Shown: positions 18,422 to 28,511 of the stretch, piece after piece
Layout of the letters: each line of letters opens with the position of its first letter
Position numbering within the stretch: the stretch's first letter is position 1
NCBI GenBank assembly: GCA_963762565.1
Contig: CAVXLD010000014.1
Location: forward strand, 32,001-96,000
Reading direction: 5' to 3'
Origin: an uncultured Verrucomicrobiae bacterium
GTDB lineage: Bacteria > Verrucomicrobiota > Verrucomicrobiia > Chthoniobacterales > JAFAMB01
Length of the DNA stretch: 64,000 nucleotides
The notes under the pieces: model-generated
Seen by the model: the letters and a program-made list of their open reading frames with translations, nothing else
What the model was told of the DNA's origin: nothing
Databases searched by the model: none
Made by a program: the position numbers and the translations under genes

Positions 18422-20767
18422 TTACGCTTTGGCAGCCTGTGTCCGAGGCCTGACCACCTCATGCCGTAGATTCCCTTTCCTAAGATTCGTCCACCAGAGG
18501 ACGATCGGAGCGGCAATGAAGATCGAGGAGTAGGTGCCGATAATGACGCCTATCACGTTGGTGAACGCGAAATCATCTAGGACCGGTCCCCCGAAAATCC
18601 AGAGCGAGAGCATACAAATCAAGGTGACACCGCTGGTTAACACCGTCCGGCTTAGCGTTTCATTGATGCTGTCGTTCATCAGCGAACGAATGGTTCCGCG
18701 CCGGCCGGAATGTAATCCTTCTCGTATCCGGTCGAACACGACGATTTTGTCGTTAATAGAATAACCTGCGACCGTCAGAATCGCGCCGATGGTAACCAAG
18801 GAGAATTGGCGGCCCGTGATGACGAAAATCCCGAGCGTGATAATGAGGTCGTGGAACATCGCCACAATCGTTCCCACCGAGAAAGAGAACTCGAAACGGA
18901 TGGCGACATAGAGCATCACGCCGACGAAGGCGATCCCCAGCGCAAAGAGGGAGGTGGTGGCCAGCTGTGAACCCATCACTGGGCCCACCGTTTCAGAATT
19001 TTCGACCACTAAGCCACTGGTTTGAGGTGACGCCTTTAACTCGCTGAGGATTTTCTGACCGGAGCCGTACGGAGCACGGATCGCGATCAAATGTACCGTT
19101 TGCTGGTTACGCTGACTCGATTCCTGTTGGATCACCGCGCTACCCAAACCAACCTTCTCCAGCTGGCTTCGTACTTGGGCTTCATCCACTGGCTTATCGG
19201 ACCGCAGAACAAGTGAATCACCGCCGGTGAAATCCAGATTAAACATGTTCGCTCCGCGCACACCGAACGCGATACCGGAAGCAGCGAGCAGAACGATCGA
19301 GGCGATCACGGAAATCTTCCATTTACCCAGGAAATCAAAATGCTTCGAGCTGATCAGGTGCAGCATCGAAATGCGCTTCATCAGATTAAACCGGATCAGC
19401 CAGCCAAAGATGTTCCGGGTAACTAATAGAGCCGAAAACATCGAAGCGATAATACCCAAAGTCAGAGTAATGGCGAAGCCCTTCACCGGCCCTGAGCCGA
19501 GCCAGAAGAGGATAACCACTTTCAGTAAGGTGGTGACGTTCGCATCAAAGATCGCGCTAAAAGCTTTGCGGTAAGCGGTATCGATCGAGGCCTTGAGACT
19601 CTTGCCGGCGCCAATTTCTTCTCGCAAACGTTCGTAGATCAGAACGTTCGCGTCGATAGCCATTCCGATAGTCAAGATCACGCCGGCAATACCGGGGAGG
19701 GTCAAAACGAAACCGAAAAGCGACATGGCGCCGAAGAGCAAGATGCCATTCACAGCCAAGCCGATTAGCGCGACAGCGCCCGCCGTCCGATAGTAGATGA
19801 GAACGAAAATGAGAGTGGCGGCTAATCCGGCCAAGCCGGAAGCGAGACCACGACTGATCGAGTCTTGCCCGAGGGTTGCGGAAACGCTACGCACTTCATC
19901 GATCACCACGGGCGTTTGCAGCGGGTTCTGAAGAGCGCTGGCCAAGTCTTGAGCTTCTTGGGCGGTGAAGTTGCCCGTGATCGAGGCCGAGTTATTCGAG
20001 ATCTCGGACTGGATCACAGGGGCTGAGATCACCTCACCGTCCAATACGATAGCGAGTTGGTTACCGATGTTCTGCCCGGTGACTCGAGCGAAAGTTTTAC
20101 CCCCTTCGGAATTGAAGCTTAAATCCACTTCGTAGCCGCGCTGTTCGAATCTGGCTTGTGCCCGGGTTACTTCGGCGCCGGTCAATTCCGGCTTTTTCTT
20201 AACCAGATACTTTTCAGGCTGGCCCGTTTTGCTGCTCTTTACGCCGTTCAGAATCTCGTAACCGGGAGGCGTAAAAGTCTGTCCCGATTCAATTTGGGGC
20301 AGCAACGTGCCGCTTTGCGGATTAACCAGCTTGAACTCCAGCTTCGCGACCCGTTGCAATTGTGCGCGGGCCTCGTCAATCTTGGCAGTATCCAAGCCGG
20401 GGATTTGAACGAGAATACGATCTGAACCCTGGCTGGTGATCACCGGCTCGCTGACGCCGAATTGGTCGACACGCCGCCGAATCACTTCGACGGCTTGCTG
20501 CTGCATATCCGGCGTGATAGCCCGGGGTTTACCGTTTTCGTCCTTTGGTGGAACCAGCCGGACTAAGAAGGAGCTGCCTCCCTGCAAATCAAGACCGTAG
20601 TGGATCTTGGCGCTGGGCGGGTAAAACGAATAAATGCAAAAGGCACATAACAGAATCGTCAGCGCTGTGCCGAGCAGACGTTTAGTTTGCTCTTTTTCAA
20701 CGAGGAAATAGGCGGCAAACAGGCAGAGTAGGAATAAACCGAAAAGAAACGTCCACGTCGGGCTCAT
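18422..20767 (-). CDS. secDF: Protein translocase fused SecD/SecF
   Basis: GLDLQGG, RRVDQFGVSEP, GMAIDANVLIYER, DFTGG, GYSINDKIVVFDRIRE. Confidence 0.95.
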   Translation of the reverse strand: MSPTWTFLFGLFLLCLFAAYFLVEKEQTKRLLGTALTILLCAFCIYSFYPPSAKIHYGLDLQGGSSFLVRLVPPKDENGKPRAITPDMQQQAVEVIRRRVDQFGVSEPVITSQGSDRILVQIPGLDTAKIDEARAQLQRVAKLEFKLVNPQSGTLLPQIESGQTFTPPGYEILNGVKSSKTGQPEKYLVKKKPELTGAEVTRAQARFEQRGYEVDLSFNSEGGKTFARVTGQNIGNQLAIVLDGEVISAPVIQSEISNNSASITGNFTAQEAQDLASALQNPLQTPVVIDEVRSVSATLGQDSISRGLASGLAGLAATLIFVLIYYRTAGAVALIGLAVNGILLFGAMSLFGFVLTLPGIAGVILTIGMAIDANVLIYERLREEIGAGKSLKASIDTAYRKAFSAIFDANVTTLLKVVILFWLGSGPVKGFAITLTLGIIASMFSALLVTRNIFGWLIRFNLMKRISMLHLISSKHFDFLGKWKISVIASIVLLAASGIAFGVRGANMFNLDFTGGDSLVLRSDKPVDEAQVRSQLEKVGLGSAVIQQESSQRNQQTVHLIAIRAPYGSGQKILSELKASPQTSGLVVENSETVGPVMGSQLATTSLFALGIAFVGVMLYVAIRFEFSFSVGTIVAMFHDLIITLGIFVITGRQFSLVTIGAILTVAGYSINDKIVVFDRIREGLHSGRRGTIRSLMNDSINETLSRTVLTSGVTLICMLSLWIFGGPVLDDFAFTNVIGVIIGTYSSIFIAAPIVLWWTNLRKGNLRHEVVRPRTQAAKA

Positions 20768-20790
20768 CGCTGGCGGCTGTTAGGGAGAAC

Positions 20791-21135
20791 TTATTGCGCA
20801 GTTGCAGTAGGCTGGTCGACCGACTTGGATACAGAGGCGATAGCGTTCTTGTCCACCTCAATTTTTACGTTGTCGGCAATCTTCACTACGAAGGTGGTCT
20901 CTTTTACGTTGGCGATTAGTCCATGAATCCCGCTGGTTGTGATGACCTTATCGCCCGTCTTTAAATTAGTGAGGAGGTTCTGATGCTCCTTTTGGCGTTT
21001 CTGCTGAGGCCGGATCAGCAAGAAATAGAAAATGACGGCCATGAACGCGAAAGGCAGCAAGGCCGAAACTAAGGATCCGGAACCGCCCTGGGCGGCTGGT
21101 TGTTGCTGCGCTAAAAACAAAATTGTCGAGATCAT
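20791..21135 (-). CDS. yajC: Preprotein translocase subunit YajC
   Basis: FYFLLIRPQQKRQK, GDKVITTSGIHG; upstream of secDF. Confidence 0.95.
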   Translation of the reverse strand: MISTILFLAQQQPAAQGGSGSLVSALLPFAFMAVIFYFLLIRPQQKRQKEHQNLLTNLKTGDKVITTSGIHGLIANVKETTFVVKIADNVKIEVDKNAIASVSKSVDQPTATAQ

Positions 21136-21295
21136 AAGAAGGCACCTTGATACACCACTTCAGCCGGGTAACAAGAGGAACTGAGTCAATAACGCAAACC
21201 TCGGACGCTAGCAAAGGGTTTTTGGCGACGGCATACCTCGGAAGCACTTGATTGGTATAGAGTGGATCAGGAACTGTCCCCGCAAAACCGAAGAA

Positions 21296-21462
21296 AAAAT
21301 CTCACGCAAAGACGCCAAGACGCAAAGAAGGAAGATCAAGGGCTGAAAGTAGCTTTAGGCCTAAGATGCTCTTACCCAGGTTTAACCAAACTTTATTTCT
21401 GACCTGGACTCGGGCTTCTTGCGTTCTTTCCTTTGCGTCTTTGCGTCTTTGCGTGAGATTTT
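21296..21462. repeat. Inverted octamer-arm element (cgcaaaga)n...(tctttgcg)n
   Basis: aaaatctcacgcaaagacgccaagacgcaaag ... ctttgcgtctttgcgtctttgcgtgagatttt; lone arm also at 6441-6474. Confidence 0.85.
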
Positions 21463-21469
21463 CTGTCCT

Positions 21470-21985
21470 ATGGCCGGGCTTGATTTTGTCAGTTCACACG
21501 GGTTCGTTCTGCGACTCCCCAGAGTCTCGGTGACGGACCCGGCACCGGATCCGGAGCTGATAGCGTTCCTTCGAGACGCTGATCTCGAGCGCCTCGGCGG
21601 ATATGAACCAGGGGTTGTGCCGTTCGTGCGCAGTCTATTGCTCTTGGCTGCCGGTGACCTAGAACGAGCGCATCGATTGGTTCAGGAGGCCTCCAATGCT
21701 GACGGAACCTATATTCATGGGATCGTCCATCGAACCGAGGACGATTTCGACAACGCTCGTTATTGGTTTGGAAGAACAGCAGTTCATCCGGCAGCTGCCG
21801 AGATTTATCGAAAGGCAGCCGCCAACAGCCCGAAAGTGGCGAACTGTGCGACATGGGACCCAATCTGGGTGACGGACTGGGTCGAGGCTTCGAGGAAGGC
21901 CGGCGCCGACGAGGAGTTACGGGCGGTGCTGGCGATAGAATCTGAGGTACTGCTAGAGCACTTCGCGTCAGCGACGCCGGAGTGA
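21470..21985 (+). CDS. Conserved hypothetical protein
   Basis: Motif-like AHRLVQ..YIHGIVHRTEDDFDNARYWF; start moved past the repeat-derived N-terminus. Confidence 0.7.
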   Translation: MAGLDFVSSHGFVLRLPRVSVTDPAPDPELIAFLRDADLERLGGYEPGVVPFVRSLLLLAAGDLERAHRLVQEASNADGTYIHGIVHRTEDDFDNARYWFGRTAVHPAAAEIYRKAAANSPKVANCATWDPIWVTDWVEASRKAGADEELRAVLAIESEVLLEHFASATPE

Positions 21986-21998
21986 GTGGGAGAGAAGA

Positions 21999-22211
21999 GG
22001 CGTGGGCGTATGGGCGTGTCGGCGTGATGTGAACCTTGGGCTCTGCGATCGAATAGGACTTATACGACCTATGGGACTTATATGTTTGGTCCTATAAGTC
22101 CCATTGGTCCTATAGAGCCTGTCGCGCCGAAGGCTTGGCGAAGGCGGATCCTATCGGTGCGCAGCGCGCAGCGCACGCCCATACGCCCACACGCCGATAC
22201 GCCCACACGCC
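21999..22211. repeat. Nested inverted-repeat element (family E): octamer arms, inner 9-mer arms, family-C insert
   Basis: (gggcgtat)-type arms / (acgcccat); inner ataggactt / gtcctat; second copy at 41564-41800. Confidence 0.85.
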
Positions 22212-23704
22212 TACTTCCAGCCGAGGACGTTGAAGACCACGAATAGCCCAGCGGAAAAGGTGGTAGCTCCTAGCAGTACGCAGACCGGTAGGGTCAAGAG
22301 CCAGGCAAGAGCGATATTACGCAGGGTAGCCAATTGCAGACCAGATCGGTTAGCTGCCATCGTACCTGCAATACCGGATGACAAAACGTGGGTTGTGCTG
22401 ACAGGTAACCCGTAGTTATCAGCGGCGAAAATCGTTCCCATGGCAACTAACTCCGCACAAGCGCCTTGTGCATAGCTCAAATGCGATTTCCCGATCTTTT
22501 CACCGACTGTCACCACGATTCGTTTCCAGCCGATCATGGTGCCGCAACCCAGTGCAAACGCGACGGCAACCTTCACCCAGGCAGGAATAAAGTTCGTGGC
22601 CGCATTCAGCCCGCCAGCGAATTGCTTGAGCGCGGCGGCATCCGCCGGGTCGGTTATCGCATGGGTTTTCAGCAATTTCCCAATGGTGTTCTGCGTAAGA
22701 TAGATGTCAGTCCTAACCCCAGCCCTGACCGCTTTGCCCAACTCTTGGAATGTCTTCTTGCCTTCAAGGTTGGCCTCAAATGCTTCAAGGGTGACGACAA
22801 GCGCGCCAAAGGTTTTGTCCGTTAGCTTACCAGAGGTTTTCAGGAAGGCGGAGAGTTCGGTCTCTGCTTCTTTCTGATCAGCCGGACGATCCTTAACATA
22901 CTTCGCAACAATGGCGGCCACCTGACCTTCTCCCTGTTCAATTCCGGCTATCTCTTTCGGGTCCAGACTAAGGTTCAGGGCGAAGACAGCGGGCACAATC
23001 CCAACCAAAATCAGCATGATCAGACCCATCCCTTTTTGACCGTCGTTCGATCCGTGTGCGTAGCTGACGCCGGTGCAAGTGAGAACCAAAATTCCGCGAA
23101 TCCACCAAGGAGGCGCTTTCTTAGCATCAGCCGGCTGGAATAGCTCTGGCTTACGAATTAATAGCTTAACCAGTAATAGAAGAATTGCCGAACAAACGAA
23201 GCCGACAATGGGGGAAATCAATAGAGTCGTGAATACTTCATTCGCTTTTGCCCAGTTCACGCCTTCCCCAAAGTTATGGCCCGGCGAATTTATCCAAGCG
23301 TTTGCTAGCCCGACGCCCATAATCGACCCGATGAGCGTGTGCGAGCTGGAAGCGGGCAACCCGAGGTACCAGGTGCCGACGTTCCAGATGATCGCGGAAA
23401 TCAGCAGGGCAAACACCATGGCGAATCCGGCGCCAGAGCCCACATTTAGCACCAGCTCCACTGGTAACAGCGCGAGTATCGAGAAAGCGACTGCTCCGCT
23501 GGAAACAAGAACTCCGATCAAATTCCAAATACCGGACCAGATGACAGCTACAACGGGCGGCAAAGAGTGAGTATAGATAACGGTCGCGACCGCATTAGCG
23601 GTATCGTGGAAGCCGTTAACAAACTCGAAGGCCAGGGCCATTAACAGGGCCAGGATCAGGAAGATCGCCGTGGCCATGGGTAAGGTTTCACCAAATAGAT
23701 TCAT
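22211..23704 (-). CDS. pitA: Inorganic phosphate transporter (PiT family)
   Basis: FEFVNGFHDTANAVAT, SSSHTLIG, HGSNDGQK, PVSTTH; start taken at MNLFG. Confidence 0.92.
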   Translation of the reverse strand: MNLFGETLPMATAIFLILALLMALAFEFVNGFHDTANAVATVIYTHSLPPVVAVIWSGIWNLIGVLVSSGAVAFSILALLPVELVLNVGSGAGFAMVFALLISAIIWNVGTWYLGLPASSSHTLIGSIMGVGLANAWINSPGHNFGEGVNWAKANEVFTTLLISPIVGFVCSAILLLLVKLLIRKPELFQPADAKKAPPWWIRGILVLTCTGVSYAHGSNDGQKGMGLIMLILVGIVPAVFALNLSLDPKEIAGIEQGEGQVAAIVAKYVKDRPADQKEAETELSAFLKTSGKLTDKTFGALVVTLEAFEANLEGKKTFQELGKAVRAGVRTDIYLTQNTIGKLLKTHAITDPADAAALKQFAGGLNAATNFIPAWVKVAVAFALGCGTMIGWKRIVVTVGEKIGKSHLSYAQGACAELVAMGTIFAADNYGLPVSTTHVLSSGIAGTMAANRSGLQLATLRNIALAWLLTLPVCVLLGATTFSAGLFVVFNVLGWK

Positions 23705-23768
23705 GGGAGCAGAGGTGTGACGGTGGCGATGAGACTCGACCGAGAGCAAGATGGACAACGCTGATCAG

Positions 23769-23786
23769 GTTACAATTTTGTAACAA
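23769..23786 (-). promoter_or_regulatory. Pho-box-like site upstream of the PiT gene
   Basis: Minus strand TTGTTACAAAATTGTAAC: TGTTAC/TGTAAC half-sites 11 nt apart. Confidence 0.45.
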
Positions 23787-23860
23787 AGAGCTCAATGTGA
23801 GCGGGTAACGACGGAGGGCTCAGCGGCTCATGGAGCGCCGCGTGTTTGGTCCCAGTCGTC

Positions 23861-24082
23861 TGGAGGGGAGCCGCTTTATCGCGTTGCAGGTCTATCAGTC
23901 TCTAGCAGGCGGCTCCCGGGAATGACCCAGCGTGACCTTTCGCCCGGCGGTTCCGTCTGACCGGTTTCCCGATTCCGAGGCCGCTGACAGACCCGCGTCG
24001 TGCTGGATCATTCCCGGGAGCCGCCTGCAGCCATCCGACAGAACTGCGAACCTATGCGAACCTATAAAGCGGCTCCCCTCCA
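23861..24082. mobile_element. Family A element
   Basis: tggaggggagccgctttat ... ataaagcggctcccctcca; inner gcaggcggctcccgggaatga / tcattcccgggagccgcctgc. Confidence 0.82.
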
Positions 24083-24157
24083 CGCGCGCTCTCACCTTAA
24101 AAAAATCTCGCGGATTGCCCCACGCTCAGGAGATAAGGGAAGGTCTGTTCGACCAAA

Positions 24158-24820
24158 ATGTTTAAACTGCTCAGTAACCTTGATGCGCATCAGCGGGTCC
24201 TGACCGCTCTGGCCGTCGCTTGCATTGTGTTTTTGGCCTCATTTAGCGTGGAGCACCTACCGTTCCGTATCATTCTGACCTGGAATGCATTTGCGGTAAC
24301 CGGAATTCTATTAGCCTGGCTCCGGATCATCTTGGCGGATGCAAAGACGGCAGTTGCAAATGCTAAGCTCCAAGACACGAGCCGCTCGATTATCTTTGGG
24401 ATCGTACTCTTGGGAGCTTGCGGCAGCCTGTTTGCCGTTGCGTATTTGCTTGGGACGGCGAAAAGCGTACCTGGCACACGACAGGTTCAACACGTCGCGC
24501 TCGCGGCCATCACCGTGATCTGCTCTTGGTTCTTGATCCATACGATCTTTGCCCTGCATTATGCGCACGCTTTCTACCGGCAGATTGACGAGGGCGGAGA
24601 CCGTGGCGATGGACTCAACTTTCCAGGCTGCGATGAACCGGATTTCCTCGACTTCGCTTATTTCTCGTTTGTGATCGGGATGACTTTTCAGGTATCGGAT
24701 GTGTCCATTACGTCGAACCGGATCCGGCGCATCTCGTTGGTGCATGCGATGCTCTCATTTCTGTTCAACACAATCATTTTGGCTCTGGCAATCAATTTGG
24801 CGTCCGGGCTCGTCCAATAA
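24158..24820 (+). CDS. DUF1345-like membrane protein
   Basis: HTIFALHYAHAFY, PDFLDFAYFSFVIGMTFQVSDV, FLFNTIILALAIN. Confidence 0.85.
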   Translation: MFKLLSNLDAHQRVLTALAVACIVFLASFSVEHLPFRIILTWNAFAVTGILLAWLRIILADAKTAVANAKLQDTSRSIIFGIVLLGACGSLFAVAYLLGTAKSVPGTRQVQHVALAAITVICSWFLIHTIFALHYAHAFYRQIDEGGDRGDGLNFPGCDEPDFLDFAYFSFVIGMTFQVSDVSITSNRIRRISLVHAMLSFLFNTIILALAINLASGLVQ

Positions 24821-24882
24821 GCGGCAGCCGAACAAGTACCGCAAGGCAGCTAAGAGGTACCGCCGCGGCCAAATCCAAAAGC

Positions 24883-25197
24883 AACCGCGAATGCACACGA
24901 ATGGACGCGAAGACAAGATAAATCCAACCGCAGATGGACGTGGATTTACGCAGATAAAATCGGCGGAGAAATTTGGCTCATTTTGGCCGTTGCACACCGA
25001 GATCGCTAGTGGACCTCGCGCGAAGAACAAATGAGCATGATCCAGAAACCTACAACCGGCACTTTTGAGTGAGCGTAATCGAAGGCGATATTATCTGCGT
25101 CAATCTGCGTTCATCTGCGGTTCGTTTGGTTCTCTTTTTGAGCCGCATTCATCTGCGGTTTGCCTTGTTTCGTGTGCTTTCGTGTCCATTCGCGGTT
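24883..25197. repeat. Doubly nested 9-mer inverted-arm element
   Basis: Outer aaccgcgaatgcacacgaatggacgcgaa / ttcgtgtgctttcgtgtccattcgcggtt; inner aaccgcagat.. / ..atctgcggtt (24926-25122). Confidence 0.85.
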
Positions 25198-25272
25198 TCC
25201 ATTGAGGTACTCTTGGGGCGACGATTCCGAAAATCGCCTTGACCGAGTGCCGAAGTCTGATTAGGCGGCACT

Positions 25273-26073
25273 ATGAAAAGTTTGTGCCTCGCGTTGTTCG
25301 TTGTGGCGATGCTCTCCCAAGTGCAGGCAGGCCTGGTGACGAAAACAGTCTCTTACAAGCAAGGTGATACGGAACTTAAGGGCTATCTGGCTTACGACGA
25401 TTCCGTAACAAGTGATAAGAAGGCCCCGGGAGTCTTGGTTTTCCCGGAGTGGTGGGGACTGACCGATTTCGTCAAAGGAAGGGCGGATGCACTGGCGAAG
25501 CTCGGATATGTGGCATTTGCCGCTGATATGTACGGCAATGGTGTGGCTGTGCCACCGAGCGATCACGATAAAGCAAAAGAGCTGATGACCGCGGTCGCCG
25601 GAAAACCAAGCATGGGCGCGAGGGTGCAAGCAGCGTACGATCAGTTAAGCAAGACCGGTCTGGTTGATGATTCCAAAGTTGCCGCCATCGGTTTTTGCTT
25701 TGGTGGTGCTTGCTCACAATTGTTGGCGTATAGCGGCGCCCCCTTAAAAGGGATCGTCAGCTTTCATGGCGGGCTGATACCGGCGTCGTCCGACGCCGCC
25801 AAAAAGAACCAGGCGAAATTTTTAATTCTTCAAGGCGAACTAGATCCGCTGGTGCCGGAGGCTGCGCGGGCGGCATTTAAAAAATCGATGGATGAGGGCA
25901 AGTTTGATTACCAGTTCCTTAGTTATTCTGGTGCCGTCCATGCATTTATGAACCCGGACGCGGATAAAGCGCGGGCTGCCGGTTTGGATGGGGTTGGTTA
26001 TGATCCTGAAGTGGCTGCGCGCGCCTGGGCGCAAATGCAGCTGTTCTTCAAGGAAATCTTCGGGCAATCATGA
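25273..26073 (+). CDS. Dienelactone hydrolase family protein with signal peptide
   Basis: PEWWG, AADMYG, IGFCFGG, SFHG, YSGAVHAF. Confidence 0.9.
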   Translation: MKSLCLALFVVAMLSQVQAGLVTKTVSYKQGDTELKGYLAYDDSVTSDKKAPGVLVFPEWWGLTDFVKGRADALAKLGYVAFAADMYGNGVAVPPSDHDKAKELMTAVAGKPSMGARVQAAYDQLSKTGLVDDSKVAAIGFCFGGACSQLLAYSGAPLKGIVSFHGGLIPASSDAAKKNQAKFLILQGELDPLVPEAARAAFKKSMDEGKFDYQFLSYSGAVHAFMNPDADKARAAGLDGVGYDPEVAARAWAQMQLFFKEIFGQS

Positions 26074-26657
26074 GCGGCCTGAAGCGAGCGAGAACGAGCG
26101 AGAACGCCGGGAGCGGAGCGACCGATATAGCGATCAGACGCGCTCTCTTGATTGCGTTGACGGCGATCACGACTATGACGGCGTTGATAACGGGTTGTGC
26201 GTCGAGCTCCGGCGGTTCCGGAGAGGCGACCGCAAGTGGCCAAGGCCGGCCTGTCTACAGCCCTGTCCAGAATGAGCAGTTTGCCGTCACCAACGTAGAC
26301 CTATCTGCGATTCTCCTGGACAACCAGAAGTATGCGCGCTGGACCTTCGGTCTAAGAATGAAACAGCCGCTGCAACTCCGATCAATTCGAGTTGAAGATG
26401 TTACCGAAGGAACGCCGGTTCTACTTGTTAATGATCAAGCACCGCAACCTCAAGGGAGTGCCTGGACGGGTTACACTGGGGCGATAGAACCGACCGCCGC
26501 TTCAATCCCGTGGCTGTTTGATAGCAATCCCGCCAAACGAACATTTCGTTTGACAGTCACGGATCTAAACGGGCAGGACTCGGTCTTAGAGCAGACCGTC
26601 ACTTACCCTGTGAAAACGAAAAAGGAACTGATCAAATGGTACGGCTTTAGCGCATAG
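26070..26657 (+). CDS. Putative lipoprotein
   Basis: Hydrophobic stretch ending in lipobox-like LITGC; overlaps the upstream stop. Confidence 0.65.
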   Translation: MSGLKRARTSENAGSGATDIAIRRALLIALTAITTMTALITGCASSSGGSGEATASGQGRPVYSPVQNEQFAVTNVDLSAILLDNQKYARWTFGLRMKQPLQLRSIRVEDVTEGTPVLLVNDQAPQPQGSAWTGYTGAIEPTAASIPWLFDSNPAKRTFRLTVTDLNGQDSVLEQTVTYPVKTKKELIKWYGFSA

Positions 26658-26883
26658 CCTCTATGGGCCGGCTGCTGAGGTCATTCTGTACGGGCATGAC
26701 ATCGTTTTGGTCGTCAGCAGCCGACTGAGGCGTTTGGCCGGTGTTTCCGGTTTCGGTATCGCTACAGCTCAGTTGCACCAGGGCTGCCAGTCCAATTAGT
26801 AACAGTTTCAACTTCATAGGCTTCCAGCTTCTCCGGCGGAGTGAGTCTCGCTTTCTAGGCTCAACCTAAGCGACAAAACAGAA

Positions 26884-27041
26884 AATAATATCCGCAGATT
26901 ACACAGATTACGCAGATTTCGGTTCAAAGACGGAGACTGCCGGCAAGATGAGTGCCTTATTGCGCCTAGTCTCGCGGTTTTCCTTAACCGAACGTATATC
27001 GCATCCCCAAAACGAAATCTGCGAAATCTGCGGATATTATT
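26884..27041. repeat. Inverted 9-mer-arm element (cgcagatta)n
   Basis: aataatatccgcagattacacagattacgcagattt ... aaatctgcgaaatctgcggatattatt. Confidence 0.85.
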
Positions 27042-27067
27042 CGTCCGAGAAAGTCTGCGGATCCGCA

Positions 27068-27706
27068 CTAAAAGGCGACGCGTCCTGACTTGAGTTCGAC
27101 CTTTGTTGAGGTGACTCCGATTTCATCAAGGTGCCGGCTCAACGCCGCACTAAATTCTTCTTGGGATGCGTTGGCTCCCACCTCACTGAGGCTATCTTCG
27201 ATGACCTTCTTCACGGTTTCATCGTAATGCTCCACTTTGATCGCCTTGGAGGTGTCGGTGATTTTCCAGGAGACGTCCGCAGTCGCGGATCGCATGCCGG
27301 CAAACGGGTGTTGAACCGTGCTCTTATGTGTGTGCAGTGAAACTTTGCGCCGAGAAAGGAATGGATTTGTCCAGACCAGGCCCCCGCCGCGAATAGTGCC
27401 GAGGTAGCGTCCGTGGGACGACAGAACCAACGCCTGATCGGAGCGGAATAGCCGGAATCCGCGAGAAACCACCACAACGATTAGGAGCAGGGCAACCCCT
27501 AAAAATAAACCGATGGTGATCGGAGCTGCTGAGACAGAACCGCCTTCGACGGAGCCACCGCTCAGCCGCGTGAGCGCAACTGTGAAGATCGAGCCTAATG
27601 CCAGGAAGACCAGGACGACTTCGGCAATGGCAACGATCGGACCTTGAATAAAAAAACCCTTCTTTTCAGTCGGGCCTGCGGGGGGAACTTGGAGAGGCAC
27701 CTGCAT
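27068..27706 (-). CDS. Membrane protein with short SPFH/band-7-like domain
   Basis: Two TM helices, then GRYLGTIRGGGLVWTNPF..RKVSL and VSWKITDTSKA. Confidence 0.6.
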   Translation of the reverse strand: MQVPLQVPPAGPTEKKGFFIQGPIVAIAEVVLVFLALGSIFTVALTRLSGGSVEGGSVSAAPITIGLFLGVALLLIVVVVSRGFRLFRSDQALVLSSHGRYLGTIRGGGLVWTNPFLSRRKVSLHTHKSTVQHPFAGMRSATADVSWKITDTSKAIKVEHYDETVKKVIEDSLSEVGANASQEEFSAALSRHLDEIGVTSTKVELKSGRVAF

Positions 27707-27779
27707 AAATGGGTAATGCTTTTGCTTCTAACCATGCGTAAGGACCGTTCTGTTTACAAGCGGTTTACGGGTTTAATTG

Positions 27780-28499
27780 TTAGAAGTTGTTCCTAAGGTA
27801 GATAGCGTCGATCTCTTTGCCCGTCGAGGCGATCTGCTGGCACAACTTTTCGTAGTCGGCCTGTGTCTTTTGATCAGTAAAATAGGGCTTAGTTGAATTC
27901 CACGTCTTCCAGTTTTGATCGAAAAAGGTGAGCAACTGACGGTGGTATCCAACGTAAGTCGTTAACAGATCGTCTTTCTTGGAAATATCATCCCACGGGA
28001 AACTGCTGATGATCTCTTTCCGGATCGCCGTGGCAAGCTGCGGTGCAATATGTTCGTTGGCTACTAACGCGGTTTCCAAGTCTTGGCTGGCATTCCCATA
28101 GAGCTTCGCAGTCTCATCGCGGCTTTGTTGAAACTGGTCAGCTAGCTTTTGCCAATTCTGGATTTCGTCCTTGTTGGCAAAGTTGTTCGGGTCAAAGCGG
28201 TCCTGCTTCTCAAAATAGCCAAGCCGCATCCGAAGATCCTTCTCTTGACCAATAATCTTGCTCATCACCTTGTCGGTCGCGTTTCCGATGCGGTCCTTCA
28301 GAGTAGCCATAACCGCATCGTATCTCGCTTTTTTGTCCGCGGCGGATTCGTTTGAGGGCGAGCCCCTCTGGGCGGGCGATGGGCTGGGCGAAAGGTTTCG
28401 TCGGGCGCCGGGAAGTGAAGGCGATAAGAGCGGTGTCTGAGCTAAACCTTGGGTGCCTAGGCAAACCAAGCCAGCAAGAACGATTGAGTAGGAGCGCAT
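27780..28499 (-). CDS. Exported hypothetical protein (paralog A)
   Basis: Signal peptide, Ser/Pro linker, helical domain similar to the neighbouring ORF. Confidence 0.7.
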   Translation of the reverse strand: MRSYSIVLAGLVCLGTQGLAQTPLLSPSLPGARRNLSPSPSPAQRGSPSNESAADKKARYDAVMATLKDRIGNATDKVMSKIIGQEKDLRMRLGYFEKQDRFDPNNFANKDEIQNWQKLADQFQQSRDETAKLYGNASQDLETALVANEHIAPQLATAIRKEIISSFPWDDISKKDDLLTTYVGYHRQLLTFFDQNWKTWNSTKPYFTDQKTQADYEKLCQQIASTGKEIDAIYLRNNF

Positions 28500-28511
28500 T
28501 TTCTTGGGGGA

